From NCBI RefSeq assembly GCF_000981785.2, contig NZ_CP011304.1, positions 1,020,001 through 1,052,000 of the forward strand: a stretch of DNA of 32,000 nt, written 5' to 3'. Of this stretch, positions 8,910 through 17,107 are shown piece after piece. The notes under the pieces were generated by a model, which saw nothing but the letters and a program-made list of their open reading frames with translations, was not told where the DNA came from and made no database searches. Source of the DNA: Microcystis aeruginosa NIES-2549. GTDB lineage: Bacteria; Cyanobacteriota; Cyanobacteriia; Cyanobacteriales; Microcystaceae. A program made the position numbers and the translations under genes. The first letter of the stretch is position 1. Every line of letters begins with the position of its first letter.

Positions 8910-8940
8910 GGATGTCAATTCTTCATCCGCGCTTGCTCTT
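8760..8940 (+). ncRNA. Putative omega-RNA (reRNA) region of the TnpB element
   Basis: Assigned by position only. In characterised TnpB elements the guide RNA scaffold overlaps the tnpB 3' end and the right end. The TnpB ORF tail (HPKIVQLSLFDLPVITVRPRR) looks like read-through of non-protein sequence. GC-rich hairpin candidates occur at 8879-8905. Confidence 0.3.
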
Positions 8941-9156
8941 AGACCGGATCAACGGACTGGTTAATTTCTAACCCTTCCACTCTCTCCCTGATGGGCTTTT
9001 TTCCGTGTTCATCAATAAAAAACGGAGAATACTTGACAAATTCGGGGGGGGGGGTAGGATTATGATGCTTATTACTATTAAGCAATGATTTATGGGGTAT
9101 AAATAGCAATTTTTCCCCAGTATTAGCCATGAAATTAACTTGTCAATTAATCAAAA

Positions 9157-9777
9157 ATGACTAATCAACTGCTAAAAGCCCTTTGCCTTCCTGCGGTGAC
9201 TTGTGCCGTTTTCAGTGCCATTCCCGCCCATGCTGCCATTTTTACCGCTACCTATACGGACACTGTTTTATTTGCTGGTGGTGCCGATAACGTTGCTGCT
9301 GGTGATACTGCGGTTATTACCTATCAGCTTGACAATGGGGGAAGTTCCCTGTTCAACCAAACATGGACCGCGAGTAACATTGTGAGTGTCACCTTCAATT
9401 TTGGTAATGGGGCCCACGTTACCACCTTTAATCCTAATGGTGGTGATGGGTTGACTGGTGATATAGGAAGCTTTGTCACCAATGCCTTAGGACAATTAAC
9501 GGCTGTTCCTTTCGTATGGTCTGATGAATCTGATGTCAATGTCGTCTCAACCAATTCTACACAAACACCCAGCTCATGGTCCTTGGATGGAAGTAATGCC
9601 GTTTACACTACTGATAATTTAGGCAACTTGGTCAGCTTGACCAATGTAGCAGGTAACATCGTTGCTGCTAACTGGACCATTCAACCTGCCCAGACACAGA
9701 CAACCCCAGAACCAGGCACCGTTTTAGGCTTATTAGCGGTGGGTTCTCTGGGTGTATTGGCTCGCAAACGGCAATAA
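9157..9777 (+). CDS. PEP-CTERM sorting-domain secreted protein
   Basis: 206 aa. Signal peptide: LCLPAVTCAVFSAIPAHA. C-terminal tag: TPEPGT, then VLGLLAVGSLGVLA, then RKRQ. Confidence 0.8.
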   Translation: MTNQLLKALCLPAVTCAVFSAIPAHAAIFTATYTDTVLFAGGADNVAAGDTAVITYQLDNGGSSLFNQTWTASNIVSVTFNFGNGAHVTTFNPNGGDGLTGDIGSFVTNALGQLTAVPFVWSDESDVNVVSTNSTQTPSSWSLDGSNAVYTTDNLGNLVSLTNVAGNIVAANWTIQPAQTQTTPEPGTVLGLLAVGSLGVLARKRQ

Positions 9778-9797
9778 ATGACCAATTCTGCTGTAAG

Positions 9798-9821
9798 GAA
9801 GGTTTAACAGCCTTCTTTTTT
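9798..9821 (+). terminator. Weak intrinsic terminator
   Basis: gaagg (9798-9802), an 8-nt loop, ccttc (9811-9815), then TTTTTT. The stem is only 5 bp. Confidence 0.4.
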
Positions 9822-9842
9822 GGTTAGGGTGGCGGTATAGTG

Positions 9843-10092
9843 TTATCTCCCTTTTTGTATAGCTCTAACCTGTTTAACCTCTAACTCTAAGGCGGATGCG
9901 ACTTGCTCAACACTTAACCCTAAGGCTAACAAACGGGGGACCGCCTCTAATGCTTTGTTTAGTCTGCCTTGCTCAATGCCTTGCTCAATGCCTTGCTCAA
10001 TCCCTTCCTCGCGACCTTCCTCGCGCACATCTTGAAAATACTGAGTTTGTTTTAATTCATCTAAACTAAACATAGTTTCTATCTCCCGACGA
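9843..10092 (-). pseudogene. 5'-truncated third copy of the Rpn-like paralog (C-terminal about 76 codons only)
   Basis: Near-identical to the 3' ends of 10134-10988 and 11019-11873. Identity breaks after cccgacga near 10092. Confidence 0.7.
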
Positions 10093-10133
10093 TAGGATTA
10101 ACAGGACCTCCTAGACATGAGGACAGAAGAAGA

Positions 10134-10988
10134 TTATCTCCCTTTTTGTATAGCTCTAACCTGTTTAACCTCTAACTCTAAGGCGGATGCGACTTGCTCA
10201 ACACTTAACCCTAAGGCTAACAAACGGGGGACCGCCTCTAATGCTTTGTTTAGTCTGCCTTCCTCGCGACCTTCCTGACGACCTTCCTGACGACCTTCCT
10301 CAATGCCTTCCTGACGACCTTCCTGACGCGCTTCTTCGCGCACATCTTGAAAATACTGAGTTTGTTTTAATTCATCTAAACTAAACATAGCTTCTATCTC
10401 CCGACGATTGAGAAGTGGTAACTTATAAACGAGAATCGTCTCTATTAATTGTAAGAGTTCTTGCGGTTTTTGGTCGGGGGTTAATTCTTGCCTCACTCTT
10501 TGGATTAATTTTCGGGTGCTATCAATCGCTTTTGCTTTAGATAGGGTGATTAATTGCACTGTAGCTAAACCAATCGAAGTTTGAGGAATGTTTTCTAATT
10601 CATTCAGATAAATCCGTCTGACTCGCTCGGAGTTGAGGAGTTCCCGATAGCGTTGAATTTGATTGGTTTCTACTTGAGGGTTAGGATAGACAATCACACC
10701 CCGCCAATCATTGGTTAAGTCAGTTTTACTGAGATATAAGAATATTTCAGTGAAAAAGCGCTGATAAAAAGCCTCATCTTCTTGAAATTGTACCTCACAG
10801 AAGTAGATAGGAGTCTGGGGGTGATTATTTTGAGGCAGAAAGACTCCATCGAGACGAAAGGAAAGTTGTTTGACTTCCACTGAGTCAAAGCGGTAGTTAT
10901 TGGCTTCGCTGATAGGGAGTTGAATTAATTCAAAGAAGATAGAGGGGAATGATTGAAAGAGTTGATAAAAAATCGTGTCAGTTTTCAT
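10134..10988 (-). CDS. Rpn-family / DUF2887-like PD-(D/E)XK putative nuclease, tandem copy B
   Basis: 284 aa. The N-terminus MKTDTIFYQLFQSFPSIFFELI matches my recollection of the cyanobacterial Rpn/DUF2887 family. The call is from memory of the family, not a search. Confidence 0.65.
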   Translation of the reverse strand: MKTDTIFYQLFQSFPSIFFELIQLPISEANNYRFDSVEVKQLSFRLDGVFLPQNNHPQTPIYFCEVQFQEDEAFYQRFFTEIFLYLSKTDLTNDWRGVIVYPNPQVETNQIQRYRELLNSERVRRIYLNELENIPQTSIGLATVQLITLSKAKAIDSTRKLIQRVRQELTPDQKPQELLQLIETILVYKLPLLNRREIEAMFSLDELKQTQYFQDVREEARQEGRQEGIEEGRQEGRQEGREEGRLNKALEAVPRLLALGLSVEQVASALELEVKQVRAIQKGR

Positions 10989-11018
10989 GCTTTTATTTTA
11001 CAAGGCGATCGCATTTTT

Positions 11019-11873
11019 TTATGTCCCTTTTTGTATAGCTCTAACCTGTTTAACCTCTAACTCTAAGGCGGATGCGACTTGCTCAACACTTAACCCTAAG
11101 GCTAACAAACGGGGGACTGCCTCTAATGCTTTGTTTAGTCTGCCTTGCTCAATGCCTTGCTCAATGCCTTGCTCAATCCCTTCCTCGCGACCTTCCTCAC
11201 GACCTTCCTGACGCGCTTCTTCGCGCACATCTTGAAAATACTGAGTTTGTTTTAATTCATCTAAACTAAACATAGCTTCTATCTCCCGACGATTGAGAAG
11301 TGGTAACTTATAAACGAGAATCGTCTCTATTAATTGTAAGAGTTCTTGCGGTTTTTGGTCGGGGGTTAATTCTTGCCTCACTCTTTGGATTAATTTTCGG
11401 GTGCTATCAATCGCTTTTGCTTTAGATAGGGTGATTAATTGCACTGTAGCTAAACCAATCGAAGTTTGAGGAATGTTTTCTAATTCATTCAGATAAATCC
11501 GTCTGACTCGCTCGGAGTTGAGGAGTTCCCGATAGCGTTGAATTTGATTGGTTTCTACTTGAGGGTTAGGATAGACAATCACACCCCGCCAATCATTGGT
11601 TAAGTCAGTTTTACTGAGATATAAGAATATTTCAGTGAAAAAGCGCTGATAAAAAGCCTCATCTTCCTGAAATTGTACCTCACAGAAGTAGATAGGAGTC
11701 TGGGGGTGATTATTTTGAGGCAGAAAGACTCCATCGAGACGAAAGGAAAGTTGTTTGACTTCCACTGAGTCAAAGCGGTAGTTATTGGCTTCGCTGATAG
11801 GGAGTTGAATTAATTCAAAGAAGATAGAGGGGAAAGATTGAAAGAGTTGATAAAAAATCGTGTCAGTTTTCAT
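11019..11873 (-). CDS. Rpn-family / DUF2887-like PD-(D/E)XK putative nuclease, tandem copy A
   Basis: 284 aa. Protein identical to copy B except in the (E/Q)G(R/I)E repeat block and the last residue. A few synonymous DNA differences are visible. Confidence 0.65.
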   Translation of the reverse strand: MKTDTIFYQLFQSFPSIFFELIQLPISEANNYRFDSVEVKQLSFRLDGVFLPQNNHPQTPIYFCEVQFQEDEAFYQRFFTEIFLYLSKTDLTNDWRGVIVYPNPQVETNQIQRYRELLNSERVRRIYLNELENIPQTSIGLATVQLITLSKAKAIDSTRKLIQRVRQELTPDQKPQELLQLIETILVYKLPLLNRREIEAMFSLDELKQTQYFQDVREEARQEGREEGREEGIEQGIEQGIEQGRLNKALEAVPRLLALGLSVEQVASALELEVKQVRAIQKGT

Positions 11874-11984
11874 GCTTTTATTTCTGAACTTCCCCCTAGG
11901 AATATACTAGCTATGGCTAAAAGTCTTACAGAGCCTGAGTTAAAATTTAATTTTTTAGTATTTCTGTATGGAGGCAGACCCTAA

Positions 11985-13625
11985 TCATATATTGGCCTCA
12001 AAAACGGGACAATAGCCTTCGGCAACCACTTTAAAACCGTAGAGGGGAGAAGCGGGATTCCAACAGCGCTGACTTTTGTAGTGGACACAGACACGACAGC
12101 AATCCATCTCCTCTAAAGCTTTGGTGATGCGATTAGGACTCTCGCTTAATAATTCCCGTTGGGAGACTCCCCGCAATAATAATTCTTCCCCTTGCCAGCG
12201 AGCTTCCACCAGTCCCGTATCGGCGAAATTACTCCACCGGGGATCCCGGGTGATCGACTCTGGTAAAGTGATAGTGATGATCGAATCCGATTCATTTAAT
12301 TCTCCCTCATAGTGACTGGGGGCCGGGGGTGTCGGTTGCATAAAGCGATCGCCAATAGGCAATTCTACCAGGGTTCCCACGGCCGGAGAATGGAGTTGAT
12401 AACGGCTTTGTAATTCTTCTAAACTGGTCAAATCCGCTAGATATAGGGGCGAGCCATGGACGAACATGATATGCTGTGGTCGCAGGTTATGGATCAGTTG
12501 GGTGGTGTTGCGACTATCGCTATGTTCGGCCAGTAGATAGGTTTCTTGGCTAATTAATCCCGAACGCTGTGCCGCTTTTAATCGGGGATTCTCCAGGTTG
12601 ATATCGTGCAGGTGTTGGGGAGCTAACATTAACCAAGGTTTATCCCCTTGCAGATATTTACTCACCTCCTCTAGGCGATCAATTAGTAAAATTATCGGAG
12701 TGGTTCCCCCTAGAGGTGTCGGTTTTTCTGGCAACCTTCGCAACCGGGGACAGATGCGCTCATCCCAAAATAAGGGCTGATGTTTGGCAAAATTCTGGAC
12801 AGATGCGGGAAATTGTGGTAAAATTTCTAGGTAGGCATCGCAAGCTTTAGCGATCTTGCCCCCAACCCAGATATCAATGTCGCGGCCCGTGAATTGGTGG
12901 TGCGATCTCAGTAATTTTAAAATTTCTTGACCCAATCCCAAAGCGGGGACGGGTAGTAAGACATTTTGCCCCTCAGCGATCGCATGATAGATGCGATTCA
13001 TCAACTGTTTTTCCTGCTGTCGTCGGTGGGGATGGCGTTCTGTGCCGTAACTGCCTTCAATAATCAGCACATCGGGGGATATTCCCCGCAGCAGATCGAT
13101 CGATAATCCTTCCACCAGTTGAAAATTAGACAGGGAAAAATCGCCGGTATAGAGGACCTTATAGGTGCGTTTGGGGGTTTTGTAGGTGAATAGGACTACA
13201 GCAGCCCCAGGTAGGTGGCCGGCCGGAAAAATCTCGACGGTGAGATCATCAAAGAGAGCGATCGGCGATCGCCATGGCCAACCCTGACAGAAACTGCCGA
13301 TTTCCTCGGCAGAATCGGGCCATTGTAGGGGCAGCAGTTGTACTGTCACCTCACTGGCATAAACTGGCAATTGGGGATAGGTCTGATGGAGAGCCATTAA
13401 CCCACGGATGTGATCGCTGTGGGCATGACTACAGAACACCAGATCCACGGGTGGTTTTTTGTTTTGGGTCAGGGGTTGCATATCGGCCAAACCGCAATCT
13501 AAAAGTATGCGATAGGGACCGATTTTCAGTAGGAGACAAACCCCTTCCGACGCGTGACCGACACCAAAAGGTAAACAGGATAAAAGGGATTTTGACCCCC
13601 AGACGGCAGTAGAGCGTTGAACCAT
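11985..13625 (-). CDS. beta-CASP family MBL-fold hydrolase (RNase J/CPSF-like) with Cys-rich C-terminal extension
   Basis: 546 aa. Motifs: HAHSDH (HxHxDH), AGHLPGAA, YTGDFS, beta-CASP A-like IIEGSYG, B-like LAEHSD, C-like FVHGSP. The C-terminal roughly 120 aa contain CCRVCVHY...C...C. Confidence 0.75.
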   Translation of the reverse strand: MVQRSTAVWGSKSLLSCLPFGVGHASEGVCLLLKIGPYRILLDCGLADMQPLTQNKKPPVDLVFCSHAHSDHIRGLMALHQTYPQLPVYASEVTVQLLPLQWPDSAEEIGSFCQGWPWRSPIALFDDLTVEIFPAGHLPGAAVVLFTYKTPKRTYKVLYTGDFSLSNFQLVEGLSIDLLRGISPDVLIIEGSYGTERHPHRRQQEKQLMNRIYHAIAEGQNVLLPVPALGLGQEILKLLRSHHQFTGRDIDIWVGGKIAKACDAYLEILPQFPASVQNFAKHQPLFWDERICPRLRRLPEKPTPLGGTTPIILLIDRLEEVSKYLQGDKPWLMLAPQHLHDINLENPRLKAAQRSGLISQETYLLAEHSDSRNTTQLIHNLRPQHIMFVHGSPLYLADLTSLEELQSRYQLHSPAVGTLVELPIGDRFMQPTPPAPSHYEGELNESDSIITITLPESITRDPRWSNFADTGLVEARWQGEELLLRGVSQRELLSESPNRITKALEEMDCCRVCVHYKSQRCWNPASPLYGFKVVAEGYCPVFEANI

Positions 13626-13649
13626 GGCAACCCTGATTATGATGACTGG

Positions 13650-13772
13650 TTAGTGAGCGGAACCATTGCCATCGTAGTTATCGCTATCGTAAAAACCGTT
13701 GCGGGTGCCGAAAAAGAGACAAGAGACGGTGAATACAGCCGTTAATGCCAACAAGATTAATTTGATGTCCAT
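13650..13772 (-). CDS. Small (40 aa) single-TM protein, not in the ORF track
   Basis: Translation MDIKLILLALTAVFTVSCLFFGTRNGFYDSDNYDGNGSAH. A GAGGAG lies about 13 nt upstream of the ATG. The stop is 24 nt upstream of the beta-CASP start on the same strand. Confidence 0.45.
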   Translation of the reverse strand: MDIKLILLALTAVFTVSCLFFGTRNGFYDSDNYDGNGSAH

Positions 13773-14177
13773 ATAATTAGTGCAACTCCTCAGAGGGTAT
13801 CTCCCCTCATACTAACCCAACTTTTTCGGTTGTTAGCAGCTAGGTTTCGGGTTTGACCATCGGCGCTCAACCTTTTTTAATAATCCAACTTACCAGTAAT
13901 TTGTGATGATTTCATCAAAAACTACTGATAATTGTCGGAAGAATTAGCATCTTTTGTCATAATAGTCAAGAAAAATTAACAAAAATTTAGCCTGATTTTA
14001 AATTTTCCCTTTCTAAAGTGCGACGTAATGATAGGTGTCAATTGTCTCTTTTAGACATGAGGCAAAAGCAAACAAGTTATTGATTTTGACTCAGATTAGC
14101 TCAATTCAATTATAGTGAAATTTTACTATGAGTTTTCGATTAGAGTTGAAGGCTATTTAGTCAGATTATAAACTTAA

Positions 14178-14720
14178 TTAAGGTTGATTAAAAAGTTTGT
14201 TAAACTTGGCTAAGTCATTGGTCTTTTCCAGAAGAGGATAACGAAGTGCTGTTTCATCGACTAGACTAGATAAATACTCATAAGTGTGACGAAGTTCATA
14301 GGCATTATCATCACTTTTTGCTTGGTTACACTGCCAGCATACCAGTTGTAAATTATCAAAATCAAACATTTTTTCGGGACAGCGGGCTTTATTAATTATA
14401 TGATCGATAGTGACATAATTGGGATGAAAAAATATCTGATTGATTTGATTAATAACTTTTTCCCCTTGATAATTATTATATTCGTAACCCCTTTTGATAG
14501 CTTCTGACTGGGAAGAAGTTTTAAATTCTTCGCCATGTTTCATCTTTTTGCCACAAAAAGGACAGGGTTTTTCTTTGGCCATTATTCGATATTGATTCGG
14601 GCTAATTAATCCTTTTTGGGGATGTTCGATAACTGCTAGATGTTGATTAGCATTCCAGATTTCTGCAATTTCATCGGAGCTATATAATTGAGACAACTTT
14701 GATTTTGATATTTTAGTCAT
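14178..14720 (-). CDS. HNH endonuclease (zinc-ribbon type)
   Basis: 180 aa. Motif string: CPFCGKK ... TIDHIINKARCPEKMFDFDNLQLVCWQCNQAKSD, i.e. CxxC...DH...N...CxxCN. Confidence 0.75.
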   Translation of the reverse strand: MTKISKSKLSQLYSSDEIAEIWNANQHLAVIEHPQKGLISPNQYRIMAKEKPCPFCGKKMKHGEEFKTSSQSEAIKRGYEYNNYQGEKVINQINQIFFHPNYVTIDHIINKARCPEKMFDFDNLQLVCWQCNQAKSDDNAYELRHTYEYLSSLVDETALRYPLLEKTNDLAKFNKLFNQP

Positions 14721-14735
14721 GGCAGTACATAATAA

Positions 14736-15098
14736 TCATAATAAAGGATATTTAGCCAAGGCTTTATCTGCTATTTCATGCAAATTTTTCGAGATTTTTT
14801 CTAACTCTTGTTTTCCTTCCTCAGATATTTTTTTAGCTTTTTCAGACTCAATAACTGATAAATCAATGGCTTTGACAAGATTTCCCTTATTTAATTCATG
14901 CTCAAATAAACTGACAACTTTATAAGTATTATTTTTAAAATCCTGAAGAAGCTCCCAAGAGCTTTTAACCTTCCCCCAGCCGCTATTATAATAGCCCTTT
15001 TTTCTCGCTTGTCTTTGTTGCTCTAGGGAAAGGTCATGAAATAGTTCACTATTTCTTTTTTGCCATTGGCGATAGTTTATTTCTTCTAGTAACTTCAT
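14736..15098 (-). CDS. Hypothetical Lys/Glu-rich protein (120 aa), middle gene of the HNH operon
   Basis: ATGA start/stop overlap with the upstream gene, and 15 nt upstream of the HNH gene. No motif recognised. The C-terminus ALAKYPLL resembles ALRYPLL in the HNH protein. Confidence 0.55.
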   Translation of the reverse strand: MKLLEEINYRQWQKRNSELFHDLSLEQQRQARKKGYYNSGWGKVKSSWELLQDFKNNTYKVVSLFEHELNKGNLVKAIDLSVIESEKAKKISEEGKQELEKISKNLHEIADKALAKYPLL

Positions 15099-15790
15099 TG
15101 CTTGAGTTCCTGGTCATCTGCAAAGTAACGAGTGATTTCTTGCCACTTTTTATCGCCATAGTTATTAATAATATATTTTTTAATATCCCCCAGTTGTCTT
15201 CGTAGTTTATCATTAGTTTTTTCCAGAGATTCAACTGTAGAGATGGCTCGCTCTTTTATTTGTGTAATCCCATGCTGTTGTTGCTGAATAGTATTTTTTA
15301 GATCGCTCACCGCTAGATTATAACTGTCTTTATGAACTAATTCCTTTTCTAGTAAGGCCTGTTGACGTTCCTGGCCAGTTTTAGATAGACTAGCCTTTAA
15401 CCATTGACCTAAACGATAAATCTCAGATTGATCAAAATCTAATAAATCTTGACGTAACTGCTCTAACTTTTCTAGCAATTCATTAACTTTTTCTTGCCAA
15501 TAACTGACTTCTTGTTTAAGCTCAACATTCTGGTTGTATAAATTCTGATTACTTTTTCCTAACTGTTCAATTTTGCCCTCGTGTCTGGATATTTGCAAGG
15601 ACTGATGTGAATTAACTTTGGCTCTATCATTTCGTTCTTGTATGATAATCTGGAACAATTCCGCCGCTACAGGATCATCAAGATGTTCTGCAATCCATTC
15701 TAGATGACGTGCTTTTAACCTATCGCTCAAATAGCCCTTGATTTCTATATGTTGTTCTTTCAATAGGGCTAGATTAGATTTAATGGTCAT
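15095..15790 (-). CDS. Hypothetical coiled-coil-like protein (231 aa), first gene of the HNH operon
   Basis: Long Q/E/K/L-rich heptad-like stretches (NVELKQEVSYWQEKVNELLEKLEQLRQDLL). No catalytic motif recognised. Confidence 0.6.
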   Translation of the reverse strand: MTIKSNLALLKEQHIEIKGYLSDRLKARHLEWIAEHLDDPVAAELFQIIIQERNDRAKVNSHQSLQISRHEGKIEQLGKSNQNLYNQNVELKQEVSYWQEKVNELLEKLEQLRQDLLDFDQSEIYRLGQWLKASLSKTGQERQQALLEKELVHKDSYNLAVSDLKNTIQQQQHGITQIKERAISTVESLEKTNDKLRRQLGDIKKYIINNYGDKKWQEITRYFADDQELKQ

Positions 15791-16078
15791 GACCGTAATT
15801 CTGACTTTAGTAACTTAATCCATAGTTATTTTAGTACAAGTATAAGCTTTTGGAAAAAAGCAATCTTATCGGTCAAGGTAGTTTTGCCTGTCTCTGGGAA
15901 TCAACTCGGACTGGGTGAAGAAACAAAGGAAAATGGAAATTTTACCGATCTAGGGCTGGCCTTTGCTATAAGTGAGCTATATAGCGCCTCCTTGGCTAGT
16001 GAGGAAATTCTCAAACGCTAAAGCTGAGAGCTTACCGCTATAAATAAGCACACGAATCACCCAGACAGAGAAAATATC

Positions 16079-17038
16079 ATGCGTATCGCTCACGATGTCA
16101 CCGAATTGGTTGGCCGCACACCTTTAGTACAATTGAATCGGATTCCCCAGGCGGAGGGCTGTCTTGGCCGAATTGTGATGAAATTAGAAGGGATGAATCC
16201 CGCTGCTTCCGTCAAAGACCGCATTGGCACTCACATGATTAATAGCGCCGAAAAAGCGGGTTTAATCAATCCAGAAACCACGGTTTTAGTGGAACCCACC
16301 TCTGGCAATACGGGAATTGCCCTAGCGATGACTGCGGCAGCTAAGGGTTATCGCTTAATTTTAACTATGCCGGAAACGATGAGTTTAGAGCGCCGGGCGA
16401 TGTTAAAAGCCTACGGTGCTACCCTAGAACTTACCCCCGGTCCCCAAGGCATGAAAGGGGCAATTTTACGCGCTCAGGAAATCGTTGATAGTATCCCAGG
16501 CGCTTATATGTTGCAACAATTTCGCAACCCTTCTAACCCGGAAATTCACCGTCTCACCACTGCTGAGGAAATTTGGCAAGATACGGAGGGACAGGTAGAT
16601 TTTATTGTTGCAGGTGTGGGTACTGGAGGCACGATTACGGGAGTCGCTGAAGTGATTAAATCGCGTAAACCTAGTTTTCAAGTGGTTGCGGTGGAACCTT
16701 TCAATAGTCCGGTGATTTCTGGGGGTAATCCCGGTCCTCATAAAATTCAAGGTATCGGTGCGGGTTTTATTCCGGAAGTTTTACGCACAGATCTGATTGA
16801 TGAGGTAATTACTGTCAGTGATGAGGAAGCTTTTCAATTTGGTCGTCGTCTGGCAAAAGAGGAAGGGTTGCTTTCGGGGATTTCTTCCGGTGCCAATCTT
16901 TGTGCCGCAATTCAACTGGCCCAACGACCGGAAAATGAGGGTAAATTAATTGTGGTGATTCAGCCTAGTTTTGGAGAACGTTATCTGAGTACGCTGATGT
17001 TCCAAAATATCGAGGATCGCCAGTTAACTTTGGTGTAA
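16079..17038 (+). CDS. cysK: Cysteine synthase A (O-acetylserine sulfhydrylase)
   Basis: 319 aa. PLP-lysine motif: [11 protein letters not shown]. Also [24 protein letters not shown]. Full-length family architecture. Confidence 0.92.
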   Translation: MRIAHDVTELVGRTPLVQLNRIPQAEGCLGRIVMKLEGMNPAASVKDRIGTHMINSAEKAGLINPETTVLVEPTSGNTGIALAMTAAAKGYRLILTMPETMSLERRAMLKAYGATLELTPGPQGMKGAILRAQEIVDSIPGAYMLQQFRNPSNPEIHRLTTAEEIWQDTEGQVDFIVAGVGTGGTITGVAEVIKSRKPSFQVVAVEPFNSPVISGGNPGPHKIQGIGAGFIPEVLRTDLIDEVITVSDEEAFQFGRRLAKEEGLLSGISSGANLCAAIQLAQRPENEGKLIVVIQPSFGERYLSTLMFQNIEDRQLTLV

Positions 17039-17107
17039 AAAAATATCGTCTTCAGCCTCTAGCAGTCAGCTTTAGTTGGGGGCTGATTGCTAATAGCAGA
17101 GAGCTTT

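Larger units (their letters stand above)
7439..8940 (+). mobile_element. IS200/IS605-family TnpB-only element (IS1341-like); boundaries uncertain
   Basis: An intact tnpB with no tnpA. It lies directly downstream of the truncated TauE gene. TTGAT at 7434-7438 and a small hairpin at 7404-7420 are possible target or left-end features. Neither end could be fixed by eye. Confidence 0.4.
9843..11886 (-). repeat. Tandem gene array with 885-bp period (two full units plus one truncated unit)
   Basis: Stop codons at 10134 and 11019 give an 885-bp offset. Identity continues about 13 nt past each start codon (catgcttttattt) and then diverges. Confidence 0.85.

Noticed and set aside
8939-9130. 63-aa minus-strand ORF between the TnpB element and the PEP-CTERM gene.
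   Set aside because: No recognisable motif. Its start lies only 26 nt from the divergent PEP-CTERM gene start, leaving no room for two promoters. It includes a G-run/poly-Pro read (PTPPPEF). Not supportable.
10243-11230. A diversity-generating retroelement as the cause of the variable block in the Rpn-like paralogs, given an RT gene in the window.
   Set aside because: The RT at 3145-4875 is a group II intron protein, with maturase X and HNH domains embedded in intron RNA carrying domain V. The variation consists of whole 12-nt unit swaps rather than adenine-specific substitutions. No template/variable repeat pair is present.
12121-13612. Plus-strand ORFs antisense to the beta-CASP hydrolase gene (12121-12312, 12598-12780, 13274-13612).
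   Set aside because: All lie inside a well-supported 546-aa gene. The Arg/Pro-rich translations are typical of antisense frames.
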